A stretch of DNA of 64,000 nt from Candidatus Uhrbacteria bacterium (lineage in GTDB: Bacteria > Patescibacteriota > Patescibacteriia > UBA9934). Below, piece after piece: positions 60,615 to 64,000 of the stretch. The stretch spans positions 64,102-128,101 of the forward strand of contig JABHCP010000005.1 of the NCBI GenBank assembly GCA_018673485.1. Direction: 5' to 3'. The first letter of the stretch is position 1. Each line of letters opens with the position of its first letter. A program made the translations under genes and the position numbers. The notes under the pieces are model-generated. The model saw nothing but the letters and a program-made list of their open reading frames with translations, was not told the DNA's origin and made no database searches.

Positions 60615-61451
60615 ATGGGAATTAGAGTACACAAACCAACAACCCCAGGAAGGCGCAAGTCAAGCGTTCAGACTTTTGATGATGTAACTTGCACAACGCC
60701 GTACAAGAAGCTTATTAAGAGCAAGAAGCAGATGGCTGGGCGTACCAAGGGAAAGATCACTGTTCGTCACCGTGGAGGTGGAGCAAAGCGTAATGTGCGT
60801 ATTATTGACTGGAAGTTCGACAAGTTCGAGATTCCTGCAGTTGTGCAAACCATTGAGTATGATCCAAACCGTGGAGCGCGTATTGCTCTTGTTGCTTATG
60901 AAGATGGTGAAAAGCGATATATTTTGGCTCCAAAGGGATTGGACAAAGGAATGAAGATCGTATCTTCAAAGAGTAAAGGTGAGCCACAAATTGGTAATCG
61001 ATTTACATTGGATAACATTCCTCTTGGAGTAGAAATTTACAACATTGAATTGCAGCCAGGAAAAGGAGGGCAACTTGTTAGAGGTGCTGGAACTGGTGCG
61101 ACATTAATGGCTGTAGAAGGAAACTACGCAACATTGCGAATGCCATCAAGTGAGGTTCGAATGGTGCTCAAAGAGTGCATGGCGTCCATTGGAAACGTTT
61201 CAAACCCAGATTGGCGCCTTATTCGATGGGGAAAAGCTGGACGAACAAGACATCGCAGTGTGCGACCAACTGTCCGTGGTAAGGCTATGAACCCGTGCGA
61301 CCACCCTCATGGTGGAGGAGAGGCGCGAAACTCAATCGGTCTAACTCATCCAAAGACACCTACTGGAAAGCATGCTCTTGGTGTGAAGACTCGTCGACAA
61401 AATGTATCAGATAAACTCATTCTTTCACGACGTAAGCGTAAGAAAAGATAG
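60615..61451 (+). CDS. rplB: 50S ribosomal protein L2
   Basis: GGG..R and HPHGGGEA motifs. Confidence 0.95.
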   Translation: MGIRVHKPTTPGRRKSSVQTFDDVTCTTPYKKLIKSKKQMAGRTKGKITVRHRGGGAKRNVRIIDWKFDKFEIPAVVQTIEYDPNRGARIALVAYEDGEKRYILAPKGLDKGMKIVSSKSKGEPQIGNRFTLDNIPLGVEIYNIELQPGKGGQLVRGAGTGATLMAVEGNYATLRMPSSEVRMVLKECMASIGNVSNPDWRLIRWGKAGRTRHRSVRPTVRGKAMNPCDHPHGGGEARNSIGLTHPKTPTGKHALGVKTRRQNVSDKLILSRRKRKKR

Positions 61452-61454
61452 CAT

Positions 61455-61730
61455 ATGGCAAGAAGTTTAAAAAAAGGTCCATTCGTTGCTCAATCTTTGT
61501 TAAAAAAGGTTCAAGCAAACAAGGGAAGTTTAAAACCAATCAAAACTTGGTCTCGATCTTCAGCTATCACACCAGAAATGGTTGGAATGGTGATGTCAGT
61601 TCATGACGGAAAGCGTTTTATCGACGTGAATATTGTAGAGAACATGGTTGGTCATAAGTTGGGTGAATTCGCTCCAACTCGAAAGTTTGTCCGACATGGT
61701 GGTAAGGCAGTAGATGCTGCAAAGAAATAA
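61455..61730 (+). CDS. rpsS: 30S ribosomal protein S19
   Basis: [10 protein letters not shown]. Confidence 0.95.
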   Translation: MARSLKKGPFVAQSLLKKVQANKGSLKPIKTWSRSSAITPEMVGMVMSVHDGKRFIDVNIVENMVGHKLGEFAPTRKFVRHGGKAVDAAKK

Positions 61731-61740
61731 GGCTTAAAAT

Positions 61741-62100
61741 ATGCAAGTTCAAGCAACAGCAAAATATATTCACATGTCACCGCGTAAGGTGCGACTCGTA
61801 GCTGATTTGGTGCGTGGCCTTGGAATTGATCAAGCCCAAAAGCAGTTGCAGTTTAGTCAGAAGTTAGCAGCACAGCCAGTATTAAAGGTGCTAAATTCTG
61901 CAATTGCAAACGCGAAAAATAACAATTCAATCAATGTTGAGTCGTATAAGGTTGCGAGTATTACAGTAGATGAGGGACCAACTATCAAACGATTTAGACC
62001 AAGAGCGCACGGAAAGTCAGCCCCTATTAGAAAGCGCACATCACACATTACAGTGAAGATTGGTCCGACGCAGATAAAGACTAAAGTACAAGAAAAGTAA
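61741..62100 (+). CDS. rplV: 50S ribosomal protein L22
   Basis: Sequence typical of L22. Confidence 0.9.
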   Translation: MQVQATAKYIHMSPRKVRLVADLVRGLGIDQAQKQLQFSQKLAAQPVLKVLNSAIANAKNNNSINVESYKVASITVDEGPTIKRFRPRAHGKSAPIRKRTSHITVKIGPTQIKTKVQEK

Positions 62101-62104
62101 TCAT

Positions 62105-62794
62105 ATGGGACGTAAGATACATCCAAAATTGTTTCGACTTGCAACCATTTACACTTGGGATTCAAAGTGGTTTGGAAGCAAGAAAAACTACATCTCTCAA
62201 TTAAGTGATGATGTTCGCATTCGAGATTTCCTAAGAAAGGAGCTCAGAGATGCGGGATCAGACTTGATTGAAATTGATAGAAATGCGAACAAGGTTACTA
62301 TCACGATTCACGCTGCAAAGCCTGGAGTTATTATTGGACGATCAGGAGCAGGAATCGAAGATTTGCGATCAAAAATGATGAAGCAGTTTTACCGTGGAAG
62401 AAAGGTTAATATAGTTATCAATGTTCAAGAGATTTCTCAGCCATCACTAAGCGCTAATGTTGTAGCAACTCAAATTGCACAGGATATTGAAAAGCGTTTA
62501 CCATTCCGTCGTTCAATGAAGATGGCAATGGAGCGTGTTATGAAAGCTGGAGCTAAGGGAGTGAAGATTCAGGTTGGTGGACGACTCAACGGTGCTGATA
62601 TTGCGCGTAAGGAGCGAGTTCATCAGGGAAGTATCCCTTTGCATAACCTGCGAGCAGATATAAGCTACTCGCGTGTACAGTCAAATACAATTTACGGTGC
62701 TATTGGTGTTAAGGTTTGGATTTACCGTGGAGAAGTGTTCGATGATGCTAAAAAGTCAGCTCCTGTGACTGCGCGTGATAATAGACGAGCGTAA
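62105..62794 (+). CDS. rpsC: 30S ribosomal protein S3
   Basis: KH domain GRSGAGIE. Confidence 0.95.
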   Translation: MGRKIHPKLFRLATIYTWDSKWFGSKKNYISQLSDDVRIRDFLRKELRDAGSDLIEIDRNANKVTITIHAAKPGVIIGRSGAGIEDLRSKMMKQFYRGRKVNIVINVQEISQPSLSANVVATQIAQDIEKRLPFRRSMKMAMERVMKAGAKGVKIQVGGRLNGADIARKERVHQGSIPLHNLRADISYSRVQSNTIYGAIGVKVWIYRGEVFDDAKKSAPVTARDNRRA

Positions 62795-62806
62795 TAGAAA
62801 GATTGT

Positions 62807-63220
62807 ATGTTAGTTCCAAAAAAGATGAAATTTAGAAAGTGGCATAAGCGACGCACAAAGGGCGACCGAGTGGCTACTCAGAAAACAAGTGTTGATTTTG
62901 GCGCTTATGGCTTGAAAGCTATGACAGAGTCTTGGGTGACATCTCGTCAGATTGAGGCTGCACGTCGTGCAATGACTCGTTATGTAAAGCGTGGTGGTAA
63001 GATTTGGATTCGTATTTTCCCAGATCACCCAATTACTTCTCATGGATCAGAAGCCCCGATGGGTAAAGGAAAGGGAGGAGTAGATTATTACATGACACCA
63101 GTTCGAGCAGGTACAGTTATGTTTGAAATGGACGGAGTGGACGAGGATATTGCGCGTGAGGCATTGCGACTCGCTGCTCACAAGCTTCCAATGAAGACCA
63201 AAGTTGTAACCCGAAAATAA
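62807..63220 (+). CDS. rplP: 50S ribosomal protein L16
   Basis: [11 protein letters not shown]. Confidence 0.95.
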   Translation: MLVPKKMKFRKWHKRRTKGDRVATQKTSVDFGAYGLKAMTESWVTSRQIEAARRAMTRYVKRGGKIWIRIFPDHPITSHGSEAPMGKGKGGVDYYMTPVRAGTVMFEMDGVDEDIAREALRLAAHKLPMKTKVVTRK

Positions 63221-63221
63221 T

Positions 63222-63410
63222 ATGGAATTTAAGGAATTAGAAAAAAAGACAGAAAAAGAGCTACAAAAGCTCTTGTCTCAAGAGCGCGCAACTCTATACG
63301 ATCTACGCACAAAGGTAGCTGTGAATCAGCTTAAGGATGTGCGTGAAATTCGCGAAGTTAGAGTTAGCATTGCACGGATTCTTACTCAATTGCAGAAAGT
63401 GACAAAATAA
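63222..63410 (+). CDS. rpmC: 50S ribosomal protein L29
   Basis: Sequence typical of L29. Confidence 0.85.
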   Translation: MEFKELEKKTEKELQKLLSQERATLYDLRTKVAVNQLKDVREIREVRVSIARILTQLQKVTK

Positions 63411-63415
63411 ATAGT

Positions 63416-63664
63416 ATGGAAAAGAAAGAAAACAAACGTCGTCAACTTACAGGAGTTGTTGTCTCGAACAAAATGGAGAAGACAGCAGTTGTTAAAGTTG
63501 ATCGAACTGTTGTGCACTCAAAGTACTTAAAGCGATTCACCAAGAGTAAGAAGTACAAAGCGCACGATCCAGAGAATAAGGCTGTGGTTGGAGATAAGGT
63601 TATAATTGAGGAGTGCCGACCGCTTTCAAAAGATAAGTCATGGAGAATTATTGAGGCTAAGTAG
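63416..63664 (+). CDS. rpsQ: 30S ribosomal protein S17
   Basis: Sequence typical of S17. Confidence 0.9.
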   Translation: MEKKENKRRQLTGVVVSNKMEKTAVVKVDRTVVHSKYLKRFTKSKKYKAHDPENKAVVGDKVIIEECRPLSKDKSWRIIEAK

Positions 63665-63666
63665 AT

Positions 63667-64000
63667 ATGTTGCAACATTTATCAAAAATGAACGTGGCTG
63701 ACAACACAGGTGCTAAAAAGCTGATGGTTATTCGCGTACTCGGTGGATACCAGAAGCGTTATGCGCGAATCGGTGACGTTGTTACAGCTGTAATCAAAGA
63801 GGCTGTTCCGCATAGTAATGTCAAAAAAAGTGACATTGTTCATGTTGTAATTGTACGAACAAGAAAGGAAATTCGGCGTGCGGATGGTTCATATATTCGC
63901 TTTGATGAAAACGCTGGAGTCATTATCGATAAGGAAAATAAAGAGCCAAAGGGAACTCGAATTTTTGGACCAGTACCACGTGAATTGCGTGATCTTGGGT
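63667..64000 (+). CDS. rplN: 50S ribosomal protein L14 (3' end truncated by the window edge)
   Basis: [18 protein letters not shown]. Confidence 0.9.
   Translation, partial: MLQHLSKMNVADNTGAKKLMVIRVLGGYQKRYARIGDVVTAVIKEAVPHSNVKKSDIVHVVIVRTRKEIRRADGSYIRFDENAGVIIDKENKEPKGTRIFGPVPRELRDLG

Overview
This 64-kb window reads as a low-GC (about 40%) genome with a reduced, Patescibacteria/CPR-like gene set.

The conserved housekeeping genes sit in normal syntenic blocks:
- A type IV pilus ATPase PilB/GspE and a prepilin-like gene.
- FtsH, ribosomal protein S1, GyrA, L32, NusB, RNase III.
- tRNA-Lys(CTT) and tRNA-Arg(TCG).
- A short ProRS, HU, RNase Y, TruB, IF-2, thioredoxin and thioredoxin reductase, glutamate dehydrogenase.
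- LeuRS, a split ComEC, NDK, MurA, an M50 protease.
- The str operon (rpsL-rpsG-fusA ... tuf) followed by the start of the S10 ribosomal operon, from rpsJ through the 5' end of rplN.

The unusual feature is a pronounced mosaic structure. At least a dozen discrete high-GC segments (about 60-65% GC) are scattered through the low-GC backbone. Each carries one or two self-contained ORFs with a strong aaggag/ggagg Shine-Dalgarno, an ATG or TTG start, and its own terminator. The segments are bounded by short modules that recur at other cassettes: conserved leaders, terminators, direct repeats and GC-rich hairpin elements. This behaves like a family of modular GC-rich gene cassettes. The cargo includes small hydrophobic peptides, tandem HAD-like hydrolase paralogs, secreted cysteine-rich lipoproteins and a tautomerase-like protein. 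No integrase, transposase or CRISPR array is visible in the window.

Further non-coding regularities stand out:
- A roughly 105-nt structured element is duplicated upstream of the pilin-like gene and of trxB.
- Tandem heptamer repeats of the form xxxxCAG sit between stop codons and terminators of several genes.
- A set of long perfect palindromes is centred on CGATCG.
- A near-identical hairpin leader that would sequester the start codon precedes both HAD paralogs.

All functional calls come from motif recognition by eye. No database search was possible.
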